Of a stretch of DNA of 36,056 bases, positions 9,016 to 17,282 are shown piece after piece; position 1 is the first letter of the stretch; every line of letters starts with the position of its first letter. A model generated the notes under the pieces. That model did no database searches, was not told the DNA's origin, and saw nothing but the letters and a program-made list of their open reading frames with translations. The position numbers and the translations under genes are program-made. Where the stretch lies: contig CAAETG010000017.1 in the NCBI GenBank assembly GCA_900758895.1, positions 1-36,056 of the forward strand. The letters are read 5' to 3'. Source of the stretch: Bacilli bacterium. Lineage in GTDB: Bacteria > Bacillota_I > Bacilli_A > RF39 > UBA660.

Positions 9016-9249
9016 ATGACAAGAGAAATTAAACTACAAACTTTTTTGATTGTTATGGTAATTTTAATTGCCTTAGAAATTTTTTTATTAGTGATGTTTC
9101 GGCCAAAACAAGTAAGTGAGAATTACAGTCCTATTTATTGCCAGGAAGCAGTATGTAATGAAGATGCTAGTTTGTGTTATGCTTATGATTTAGATGAAGA
9201 CGGTAATACAATTGTTGTATGGCGTGGCTCTTGTCAAAGTGGAAATTAA
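9016..9249 (+). CDS. Hypothetical membrane-anchored Cys-rich small protein
   Basis: One TM segment followed by a 5-Cys ectodomain; tightly coupled to the preceding mini-ORF. Confidence 0.45.
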   Translation: MTREIKLQTFLIVMVILIALEIFLLVMFRPKQVSENYSPIYCQEAVCNEDASLCYAYDLDEDGNTIVVWRGSCQSGN

Positions 9250-9311
9250 TGGTAGAGGTTGTATTTTATGATAAAATCTGTTAGAATATAACATGTCTTG
9301 TAGGTGATGAA

Positions 9312-9734
9312 ATGCGTTATTTAGGTTTAGATTTAGGAACAAAAACGCTTGGTGTGGCAATTACTGATGCAACAGGAACGATTGCTAGTCCTTTTAAAGT
9401 GATTCGTTTTCCTAGCGAAGAATATGATGTTGCTTTAAAGGAATTAAAAGGCATTTTAGAAGAAATGAGAATTAGTAAAATTGCTTTGGGACTTCCTAAG
9501 AATATGGATGGAAGTATGGGATTTGCTAGTGAAAGAAGTATTAAGTTTAAAGAAATGATTGAACAGATTACAGATATTCCTGTAATTTTGGTTGATGAGC
9601 GACTTACAAGTGTAGAGGCAGAATCTATTTTGCTGGAAGCAGACGTTAGTAGAAAAAAGAGAAAACGTGTTGTTGATGGGGTGGCGGCTGTTTTGATTTT
9701 AGAAACTTTTATGAAAATGGAGGAAAAACAATGA
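9312..9734 (+). CDS. ruvX: Holliday-junction resolvase-like pre-16S rRNA nuclease (YqgF/RuvX)
   Basis: MRYLGLDLGTKTLGVAI N-terminus, VDERLTS motif, 140 aa. Conserved ruvX-DUF1292-mltG order. Confidence 0.9.
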   Translation: MRYLGLDLGTKTLGVAITDATGTIASPFKVIRFPSEEYDVALKELKGILEEMRISKIALGLPKNMDGSMGFASERSIKFKEMIEQITDIPVILVDERLTSVEAESILLEADVSRKKRKRVVDGVAAVLILETFMKMEEKQ

Positions 9735-10003
9735 ATGAAGAAAAAAACCGCTATTTTACGGTAACAGATAATGAGGGAAATACAATCGAATATGAAATTC
9801 TTTTTACCTTTGATTCTGATGAAACTGGTAAAAGTTATATCGTTTTTACCGATCATACTGAAGATGAAGAAGGTAGTATTGTCACTTATGCTGCTGTTTA
9901 TGATAAAAATGGTGAAGTGTTAGAATTACAAGATATTGAGACAGAACAAGAATGGAATTTGATTGAGAATTTACTTGCTAGTATTGAAGAAGCAAACGAA
10001 TAA
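9731..10003 (+). CDS. DUF1292-like small acidic protein
   Basis: 90 aa, acidic. D.EGN..EYEILF.F......KSYIV pattern; ATGA overlap with ruvX. Confidence 0.75.
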   Translation: MNEEKNRYFTVTDNEGNTIEYEILFTFDSDETGKSYIVFTDHTEDEEGSIVTYAAVYDKNGEVLELQDIETEQEWNLIENLLASIEEANE

Positions 10004-10013
10004 GAGGAGTTAT

Positions 10014-11084
10014 ATGAAAAAGAAGTTAATGATCATACTAGGGGTTATTTTGGTTTTGATTATTCTTTTAGTTGTTCTTTATTTTTATGGACTTACTCCA
10101 GCATCAAAGAGTGATGAAGTGGTGTCTTTTACTGTTCAAAGTGGTGAAAGTAAAACAGATATTATTGATCACTTAGATGAAGCTGGGTTAATTAAAAGTA
10201 AGATATCTGCTTATATTTATGTTGGACTTCATCGTAGTTTAAATTTACAAGCCGGGGAATATGAACTTCGTCCCAATATGAGTTTAGAAGAAATATTAGA
10301 TAAATTTCATGAAGGAGATATTTCAGTAGATGAAAATACATTTCAACTTACTTTTGTAGAGGGAAGAAGATTTGTTTCTTATGCGAATGATATTGCTGAG
10401 GCAACCGGAGTAACAAGTGAGGAAGTCATTCAGACTTTAGATGATCCTGAGTATTTAGCAGAATTAATCAATGATTATTGGTTTTTATCTGATGATATTT
10501 TAAATGAAGATATTTATTATCCTTTAGAAGGTTATTTATTTGCTAGTACTTATGAGTTTTATGAAGGTAGTAGTGTGAAGGATATTGTGAGAAAAATGCT
10601 CGATGGAATGGACGATGTATTAAGTGATTATAAAGATGAAATAGAAGCGAGTAACTACAGTGTTCATGAGTTGTTAACGCTTGCTAGTATTGTTGAATTA
10701 GAAGGGTCTACTAGTGATGATAGAGCAGGTGTTGCCGGTGTATTTTATAATCGTTTAAAATCAGGAATGAGTTTAGGTAGTGATGCGACTACTTATTATG
10801 CTGCAAGAGTTGATTTTAGTGAACGGGATTTGTATCTTAGTGAAATTAACGATGTGAATGCTTATAATACAAGACCAGCAGCGATGGCTGGGAAACTTCC
10901 GGTGGGGCCTATTTGTTCTCCAAGTAGAGAGTCTATTGAAGCGGTAATTAATCCAGAAGAACATGATTATTATTACTTTGTTGCAGATAAAAATGGGGAT
11001 ACTTATTTTATGAAGACATATGCAGAACATGATGCAAAAATAAAAGAATTACAAGCGAGTGGCTTGTGGTATGAATACAATTAA
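10014..11084 (+). CDS. mltG: Endolytic murein transglycosylase MltG (YceG family)
   Basis: ATG at 10014 after AAGAGGAG. N-terminal TM segment. LASIVELEG, GVFYNRL and NAYNTR..AGLPPGPI-like motifs. Confidence 0.9.
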   Translation: MKKKLMIILGVILVLIILLVVLYFYGLTPASKSDEVVSFTVQSGESKTDIIDHLDEAGLIKSKISAYIYVGLHRSLNLQAGEYELRPNMSLEEILDKFHEGDISVDENTFQLTFVEGRRFVSYANDIAEATGVTSEEVIQTLDDPEYLAELINDYWFLSDDILNEDIYYPLEGYLFASTYEFYEGSSVKDIVRKMLDGMDDVLSDYKDEIEASNYSVHELLTLASIVELEGSTSDDRAGVAGVFYNRLKSGMSLGSDATTYYAARVDFSERDLYLSEINDVNAYNTRPAAMAGKLPVGPICSPSRESIEAVINPEEHDYYYFVADKNGDTYFMKTYAEHDAKIKELQASGLWYEYN

Positions 11085-11100
11085 TTAAGAGGTGAATTTT

Positions 11101-11694
11101 ATGAAAGAACTTATTTTAGAAATGGAGGAATATGCCTCCCTTAAAAACATTCCTATTATCGAAAAAGATTCGATTGCGTTTATTATGAAATATATTAAGA
11201 AAAATAACATTAAAAATATTTTAGAGATTGGTAGTGCCATTGGCTATTCGACCATTTTAATGGCTAGTGTAGCACAAGATGTAACGGTTACGACAATTGA
11301 ACGTGATGAAGCTAGATATATGGAATGTTTAAAAAATGTTAAAAAATGTGGTTTTGAAAAGAAAATTAATGTGGTTTTCCAAGATGCTTTAGAAGTTAAT
11401 TTAACGGGTGTTAAATATGATATGATATTTATTGATGCAGCGAAAGGACAATATATTAAGTTTTTTGAAAAATTTCAATATTTTTTAAATGATGGTGGTG
11501 TGATTATTACCGATAATTTAAAATTTCATGGTCATGTTGGAAAATCAAAAGAAATAGAATCAAAAAATCTTCGTGGTTTGGTAGAAAAGATTGAAAATTA
11601 TATTGATTTTTTGAAAAATAATCAAGATTTTGATACGAATTTTTATGATGTTGGAGACGGACTTTCCGTAAGTGTTAAAAAACATGACAAATAA
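11101..11694 (+). CDS. Class I SAM-dependent O-methyltransferase (YrrM/TrmR-like)
   Basis: ATG at 11101 after GAGGTGA. LEIGSAIGYS SAM-binding motif and IFIDAAK. Synteny with mltG and the U32 pair matches the B. subtilis yrrL-yrrM-yrrN-yrrO arrangement. Confidence 0.8.
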   Translation: MKELILEMEEYASLKNIPIIEKDSIAFIMKYIKKNNIKNILEIGSAIGYSTILMASVAQDVTVTTIERDEARYMECLKNVKKCGFEKKINVVFQDALEVNLTGVKYDMIFIDAAKGQYIKFFEKFQYFLNDGGVIITDNLKFHGHVGKSKEIESKNLRGLVEKIENYIDFLKNNQDFDTNFYDVGDGLSVSVKKHDK

Positions 11695-12484
11695 TTATTT
11701 ATTACTTGTTACAAATAGAGATTTGGTTTCGAAATTAAAAGATGAAAGCAATGTTACTTTCCTTTTTCCAATCAAAGAATTTAGTGTTGGATTTTCGAAT
11801 CCTTTTTCTTTAGAGGAAATTTCTGTTCCTCATGCTTTTATATTCGTAGATCGTATTCTTGATCAGGATGGAATTCAAAAGTTTCGAGAATTTGTTCAAG
11901 GTTTACCAGATTCGATTGAAGGAATTGTTTTTGATGATATTGGTGTTTTACAAGTATTAAGAGAAATTCCTAATCATCTTACTAAGATTCTATTTTTAAA
12001 TCATTTTAATTGTAATTATATGAGTGTTAATGCTTATTTAGAATTTGTTGATAGTGTCGTTTTAAGTACTGATATTACGGAAGGGGAAGTAAAAGAAATT
12101 TTAGATAAAGCGGATAAGCCTTTAGTTCTTTATACTTTTGGACATGTTAATATTATGTATTCAAGAAGACGCCTTATTACCAATTATAACGCGCATTTTC
12201 AAAAAGATGAACCACTTGATAGTTGTCTTACGAATGATTTAGGTCAAACGTTTCAAATGGTGGAAAATGAATATGGGACTGTTATTTATACAGGTGAGCC
12301 TTTTAATGGTTTAAGATACCGGGGAATGAATAACGTTTTATATCATCTTATTCATACTGCTTTCTTAAGTGATGAGGAAGTTATTAGCATCCTTCATAGT
12401 TCTAGTAATTTAGAAGATAGGTATCCATATGCTTATTTGAGTAAAGAAGAAACTATTGTGAGAATAAAGGAGAGAGATGTATGA
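11684..12484 (+). CDS. U32-family protein, YrrN (TrhP1)-like
   Basis: Position and size match the first member of the yrrN/yrrO pair. ATG at 11684 overlaps the preceding stop. Sequence-level assignment is weaker than for the next gene. Confidence 0.65.
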   Translation: MTNNYLLLVTNRDLVSKLKDESNVTFLFPIKEFSVGFSNPFSLEEISVPHAFIFVDRILDQDGIQKFREFVQGLPDSIEGIVFDDIGVLQVLREIPNHLTKILFLNHFNCNYMSVNAYLEFVDSVVLSTDITEGEVKEILDKADKPLVLYTFGHVNIMYSRRRLITNYNAHFQKDEPLDSCLTNDLGQTFQMVENEYGTVIYTGEPFNGLRYRGMNNVLYHLIHTAFLSDEEVISILHSSSNLEDRYPYAYLSKEETIVRIKERDV

Positions 12485-13668
12485 TTGAGTTACTAGCTCC
12501 AGCTGGAAATTTAGAACGTTTGAAAATCGCTTATCTTTATGGAGCGGATGCTGTTTATGTTGGTGGGTACTCTTATTCACTTAGAGCCAATGCCATTAAT
12601 TTTAGTAAGAGTGAATTAAGGGAAGCTGCTGCTTTTGCTCATAGTTTAGGAAAAAAACTTTATGTTACGGTCAATATTGTTTTTCATAATTGTGATTTGG
12701 AAGGGTTAAAAGAATATTTGGAGGAACTAGCAAGTTTTTCGGTCGATGCGGTCATTGTCAGTGATATAGCGGTGATTACCATGATTAAAAAATATCATAT
12801 TCCTCTTGAAATTCATTTATCGACGCAAGCAAGTACTTTAAATTATGAAGCTGCTTTGTTTTATAAAGAACTTGGAGTAAAAAGAATTGTTTTAGCAAGA
12901 GAAGCTTCTAAAGAAGATATTGTAGAAATTAAAGAAAAAACGGGATTAGATTTGGAATGTTTTATTCAAGGAGCGATGTGCACGAGTTTTAGTGGTAAAT
13001 GTGTTTTATCTAATGTTGTAACTAATCGTGATTCTAATCGAGGTGGTTGTGCGCAAATTTGTCGTTGGACTTTCCAGATTAATCAGGATCCCGAAATTTT
13101 TAGTATGACACCGAAAGATCTCAATATGTCTACTTATTTGGAAGAGATGATTAAGATTGGCGTTAATTCTTTTAAAGTAGAAGGAAGAATGCGTTCCGTT
13201 TATTATATTGCAACGGTTATTTCAGAATACCGTCATTTGCTTGATAAAATCGCCAGTCATACTTTAAGTGGAAGTGACATACGATATTCTAACGATATTA
13301 TTCATCGTTGTGCTAATAGAGAGTCGGTTCCGCAGTTTTTTCAAGGGTTGCCAACTCATCAAGAACAATATTACTTAGGAAGAGAAGAAGTTTCTAATCA
13401 AGACTTTTTAGGTATTGTTTTAGATTGCACTAATCACCGTGTATACTTGGAACAACGAAATTATTTTCAAGTTGGTGATGTTGTAGAATTTTTTGGGCCA
13501 GGAATGGATACTAAAACTTATCAAATACATAAAATATATGATGAAACCGGGGAAGAAATATCGGTTGCAAGGCATCCTAGAATGAAAGTATTTTTAGATG
13601 TGGATGAGGATATTGTAAAGTATGCGATGATGCGTTTAAAAGTATTTGACAAAAATGATTATTTGTAG
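12481..13668 (+). CDS. Peptidase U32 family protein, YrrO (TrhP2)-like
   Basis: ELLAPAGN....A...GADAVYVGG N-terminus. Cys-rich GKCVLSN...RGGCAQICRW segment typical of U32. ATGA overlap with the upstream gene. Confidence 0.88.
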   Translation: MIELLAPAGNLERLKIAYLYGADAVYVGGYSYSLRANAINFSKSELREAAAFAHSLGKKLYVTVNIVFHNCDLEGLKEYLEELASFSVDAVIVSDIAVITMIKKYHIPLEIHLSTQASTLNYEAALFYKELGVKRIVLAREASKEDIVEIKEKTGLDLECFIQGAMCTSFSGKCVLSNVVTNRDSNRGGCAQICRWTFQINQDPEIFSMTPKDLNMSTYLEEMIKIGVNSFKVEGRMRSVYYIATVISEYRHLLDKIASHTLSGSDIRYSNDIIHRCANRESVPQFFQGLPTHQEQYYLGREEVSNQDFLGIVLDCTNHRVYLEQRNYFQVGDVVEFFGPGMDTKTYQIHKIYDETGEEISVARHPRMKVFLDVDEDIVKYAMMRLKVFDKNDYL

Positions 13669-13707
13669 TATTCTTTTGTAGATGCAAAATTTAATGAGGT
13701 GGAATAA

Positions 13708-14175
13708 ATGAAAAAAGAAAATACAGTTGTATTAACCCCAGAGGGGTATTTAGAGTTAGAAGCAGAGTTAAATGATTTAAAATTAAACAAAAGACCTGAG
13801 GTTATTAATGCTTTAAAATATGCTCGTTCTTTAGGTGATTTATCAGAAAATGCCGATTATGATGCTGCTAGAAATGAACAAGCTCAACTTGAAAGCCGCA
13901 TTAAAGAATTAGAGTATAAATTAGAACATTGTGAAATCATTGATAATAAAGATAAGAATATTGCCAATGTAGGTTCAACGATTGTAATTGAATATGAACC
14001 TGGTGATGATGAGGAATATAAAATAGTTGGTTCTCTAGAAGCAGATCCTTTTAATAATAAGATTTCTAATGAATCACCAATTGGAAAAGCTGTTATTGGA
14101 CATAAGGCAGGAGAAGTTGTTTCTGTTGAAAGTCCTAATGGCGCTTATGAAGTTACTTTAAAAAGTGTTAATTAA
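13708..14175 (+). CDS. greA: Transcription elongation factor GreA
   Basis: LTPEGY..LE.EL..L...RPEV......AR..GDLSENADYDAA signature; 155 aa. Confidence 0.95.
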   Translation: MKKENTVVLTPEGYLELEAELNDLKLNKRPEVINALKYARSLGDLSENADYDAARNEQAQLESRIKELEYKLEHCEIIDNKDKNIANVGSTIVIEYEPGDDEEYKIVGSLEADPFNNKISNESPIGKAVIGHKAGEVVSVESPNGAYEVTLKSVN

Positions 14176-14176
14176 T

Positions 14177-14205
14177 TTGTATTTTATCTTTTTGTGTGTT
14201 ATAAT
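14177..14205 (+). promoter_or_regulatory. Candidate sigma-A promoter for rplS
   Basis: Extended -10 TGtTATAAT (TATAAT at 14200-14205) with TTGTAT 17 nt upstream. An ~80-nt leader precedes rplS. Confidence 0.45.
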
Positions 14206-14287
14206 GGATAAGACCCGAGAAAATATAATCCGCTGATAAGTTTTATTATGATTATAGGTTAATAAAAAAATAGAAAGGATGAGGAAG

Positions 14288-14629
14288 ATGGCAAATTTAG
14301 TCGATAAGATTAATGAACGTCATATTAGACGTGATATTCCTGAATTCCGCGTTGGAGACACAGTACGTGTTGATGTATGGGTTAAGGAAGGAAAGAAGGA
14401 GAGAATCCAAGCTTTTGAAGGCTTAGTTGTAGCTAAAAAAGGTAGTGGCGTATCTGAGACTTTTTCAGTAAGAAAGAAATCAGGTGGCGTTGGCGTAACT
14501 CGTATATTTCCAGTTAATGCACCAACGATTGATAAAATTGTTGTTGTGAAAAAAGGCTTGGTTAGAAGAGCAAAACTTAACTTTATTAAAAATATGCGTA
14601 AAGAATATCGTGTTAAAGAAAGAAACTAA
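14288..14629 (+). CDS. rplS: 50S ribosomal protein L19
   Basis: ATG at 14288 after AAAGGATGAGG. IPEFRVGDTVRV and RIQAFEG.V.A motifs. Confidence 0.95.
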   Translation: MANLVDKINERHIRRDIPEFRVGDTVRVDVWVKEGKKERIQAFEGLVVAKKGSGVSETFSVRKKSGGVGVTRIFPVNAPTIDKIVVVKKGLVRRAKLNFIKNMRKEYRVKERN

Positions 14630-14721
14630 TCTTTCTTTTTTTTGGGCCTTGTTTACACTTCAATCTTGATAAAAAGAATAAAAAGTGATACTATAAATCT
14701 ATGTGTAAAATGGAGGGTAAC

Positions 14722-15204
14722 ATGAAATTTATAAAAAGTTTAATTCCTTATATTATCATTATTGTTGTTGTGGTTTTTATTCGAACATTTATTATTACAC
14801 CAGTAAAAGTGAATGGAACTAGCATGTATCCAACTTTAGAGGGGGATGAGATCATGCTTCTAAATAAACTGGGTGAAATCGATCGGTTTGATATCGTTGT
14901 TTTAAAATTAGATGGTGAAAATGATAATTTGATTAAAAGAATTATTGGACTTCCAGGTGAGACTGTGGAAATTTATGATAATCAAATTTATATTAATGAT
15001 GAATTATTAGAAGATCCTTATGGCTATGGTGTTACATATAATATTGATCCCGTTACTTTGGATGATGATGAATATTTTATTTTGGGTGATAATCGGATTG
15101 TTTCTTTAGATAGTAGAGTATTTGGAAAAATTAATCGAAGTGAGATTAAAGGAACGACGAATTTTATTATGTATCCATTTAGTAAGATTGGAAAAGTAGA
15201 ATAA
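14722..15204 (+). CDS. lepB: Signal peptidase I
   Basis: ATG at 14722 after GGAGGG. TM anchor. GTSMYPTL (catalytic Ser box), KRIIGLPGE (Lys box) and GDNR..S.DSR. Confidence 0.9.
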   Translation: MKFIKSLIPYIIIIVVVVFIRTFIITPVKVNGTSMYPTLEGDEIMLLNKLGEIDRFDIVVLKLDGENDNLIKRIIGLPGETVEIYDNQIYINDELLEDPYGYGVTYNIDPVTLDDDEYFILGDNRIVSLDSRVFGKINRSEIKGTTNFIMYPFSKIGKVE

Positions 15205-15218
15205 TTTTTGAGGTAAAT

Positions 15219-15662
15219 ATGATTAAGTATGAAATGCGGAAGGCTTGCCGGGAAGATATCCCTATTTTAGTACGTTATAAACTAACCAATATTTTGGAGT
15301 ATGCGGATAGTGCTACATTAGAAGAACAAGATCAGATTGAGGGTTATGTTCAAGCAGAAATGAAAACAGAACTAGAAAATGCACAAATGGTTATGGTAGA
15401 AGGAAAAACAGTAGGATGCCTCGTTGTTACAAAAAAAGATGATGGTATGCTTATTGATGAAATTTATTTGGAAGAAGATTACCGGAATCAAGGAATTGGT
15501 ACTTCTTGTTTAGAACAATTATTACAAAAGTATTCTACTCTTTATTTATGGGTATATAAGTTGAATCATCAAGCTATTTCTTTGTATCAAAAATTGGGAT
15601 TTCAAATTATCATGGAAACAGAATCAAGATATTATATGAAATATAAGCGTATTAATAAATAA
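15219..15662 (+). CDS. GNAT-family N-acetyltransferase
   Basis: 147 aa. YRNQGIGTS.L (acetyl-CoA Q/RxxGxG/A loop) and C-terminal A..LY.KLGF. Confidence 0.8.
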   Translation: MIKYEMRKACREDIPILVRYKLTNILEYADSATLEEQDQIEGYVQAEMKTELENAQMVMVEGKTVGCLVVTKKDDGMLIDEIYLEEDYRNQGIGTSCLEQLLQKYSTLYLWVYKLNHQAISLYQKLGFQIIMETESRYYMKYKRINK

Positions 15663-15694
15663 GTGTAATGAAATAATAGAAAGGAGAATAACCT

Positions 15695-16729
15695 TTGAGC
15701 AATAAAAGTTTACAAGTAACAAATCACGATTTTTTAATCTATAGAGATGAAAATCATGATGTTAAAGTTAGTGTCATGTTAATTAATAATGATATATGGC
15801 TTACTCAAGATTTGATTGCAGAATTGTTTGGAGTTGGAAGAAGTACAATTACTGAACATATTAATAATATATTAAATAGCGGTGAATTAAGCGAAGAAAC
15901 TTCCGTCGGAATTTCCGACATAAGTTCTGGCGGTAGAAAGCCCAAAATATACAATCTTGATATGATTATTGCTGTTGGATATAGAGTGAATTCAAAAAAA
16001 GCGACCAATTTTAGAATTTGGGCGACTAAAATATTAAGAGAATTTATGATTAAGGGTGTAGTTATGGATGATGAAAGATTAAAAAATCCTAATTATATAT
16101 TTGGCGAAGATTATTTTGAAGAAACTCTTGAAAGAATTAGAAATATTCGTTCAAGTGAGAGAAGATTTTATCAAAAAATTACAGATATATATTCAACTTG
16201 TAGTGTTGATTATGATAAAGATTCAGAGATAACAAAAGAATTTTTTAAAACGGTTCAAAATAAATTGCATTATGCAATAACTGGAAATACTGCAGCAGAA
16301 ATCATATATAATCGAGTAGATTCGGAAAAGGAGAACATGGGATTAACAAATTGGAAAAATTCTCCAAATGGGCCTATTTATAAATACGATGTAGATATTG
16401 CTAAAAATTATTTAAGTGAAAAAGAATTAAAAGATTTAAATAGAATTGTAACTATGTATTTGGATTATGCCGAATTACAAGCTGAAAATCATAATGCAAT
16501 GACCATGAAAGATTGGGTAGAAAAGTTAAATGCCTTTTTGCAATTCAATGGTAAAGAAATACTTTATAATGCAGGGAAAGTATCTGCTAGTGTTGCTAAA
16601 GAATTGGCTTATCAAGAATATGATAAATTTAGAATAAAGCAGGATAAATTATATCAATCGGATTTTGATCATTTTTTAAAAGAAATAAATATGATAGAGA
16701 ATGGAAGTGAAAATAATGGCAAATATTAA
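15695..16729 (+). CDS. RhuM-family virulence-associated protein
   Basis: Characteristic IWLTQ..IAELFGV.RSTITEHI.NI...GEL and YNLDMIIAVGYRVNSKKATNFRIWATKILREF strings. TTG start after AAAGGAG. Confidence 0.85.
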   Translation: MSNKSLQVTNHDFLIYRDENHDVKVSVMLINNDIWLTQDLIAELFGVGRSTITEHINNILNSGELSEETSVGISDISSGGRKPKIYNLDMIIAVGYRVNSKKATNFRIWATKILREFMIKGVVMDDERLKNPNYIFGEDYFEETLERIRNIRSSERRFYQKITDIYSTCSVDYDKDSEITKEFFKTVQNKLHYAITGNTAAEIIYNRVDSEKENMGLTNWKNSPNGPIYKYDVDIAKNYLSEKELKDLNRIVTMYLDYAELQAENHNAMTMKDWVEKLNAFLQFNGKEILYNAGKVSASVAKELAYQEYDKFRIKQDKLYQSDFDHFLKEINMIENGSENNGKY

Positions 16730-16768
16730 TTGGTTGATTACGATTTATTGCAACCCCTAGCAAAAACC
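16728..16768 (+). repeat. Imperfect direct repeat copy 1 (AATTGGTTGATTACGATTTATTGCAACCCCTAGCAAAAACC)
   Basis: About 85% identical by eye to 16887-16927. Begins at the RhuM stop codon. Confidence 0.6.
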
Positions 16769-16886
16769 TTATAAATAAAGGCTTTTCTTGATTTTTGATC
16801 TTGCACATTTTTGATGAAAAAAGCCTAAAATCATTCAAAATAGATAAAAATATAGCAAATTTAATGATATTTATGATGGGAATTAG

Positions 16887-16927
16887 AATGGTGATTACGT
16901 CATTGCAACCCCCTAAAAAAAAATCGC
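16887..16927 (+). repeat. Imperfect direct repeat copy 2 (AATGGTGATTACGTCATTGCAACCCCCTAAAAAAAAATCGCC)
   Basis: Partner of 16728-16768. Similarity extends a few nt leftward into a degenerate copy of the last RhuM codons. Confidence 0.6.
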
Positions 16928-17014
16928 CCTTGAAACAAGAAAATAGTTGTTACACATTTTCATTTGCTAAAAAAATATAGTATCATATTTATATGAAATG
17001 AGAGTGTGATAAAA

Positions 17015-17161
17015 ATGAAAAAAATAAAATTAAAAGTTGATAATATAGAATATGGAATGCTTGTGAATGGATTAGTTGAATTAAGAAATAAATTATTAAG
17101 AGAAAAAGAAGATACATCTCCTGTTGATGAATTATTATTAAGGTTAGTAGATAAGAAATAA
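17015..17161 (+). CDS. Hypothetical 48-aa protein (not in the ORF track)
   Basis: ATG with a weak GAGAGTG RBS. Encodes MKKIKLKVDNIEYGMLVNGLVELRNKLLREKEDTSPVDELLLRLVDKK. A clean terminator follows. Confidence 0.3.
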   Translation: MKKIKLKVDNIEYGMLVNGLVELRNKLLREKEDTSPVDELLLRLVDKK

Positions 17162-17180
17162 ATAACATATAACATATTTT

Positions 17181-17211
17181 GAACTGGTAGTAAAATATCA
17201 GTTCTTTTTTT
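17181..17211 (+). terminator. Rho-independent terminator
   Basis: Stem GAACTG (17181-17186) / CAGTTC (17199-17204) followed by T7. Confidence 0.55.
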
Positions 17212-17282
17212 GTGCCTTGAAAGGCAGTACATAGCCATTTTATTTAAGATGGCTAAATATAAAAAGAAAGGAGGAGATGAAA

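Noticed and set aside
14206-14287. Ribosomal protein L19 leader structure upstream of rplS
   Set aside because: This is a plausible location for an autoregulatory leader, but I could not fold or recognise a convincing conserved structure by eye. It needs a covariance-model search.
14615-14646. Terminator after rplS (AAAGAAAG..CTTTCTTT plus T-run)
   Set aside because: The stem is almost entirely A-T with few G-C pairs. It is too weak to call confidently without energy calculation.
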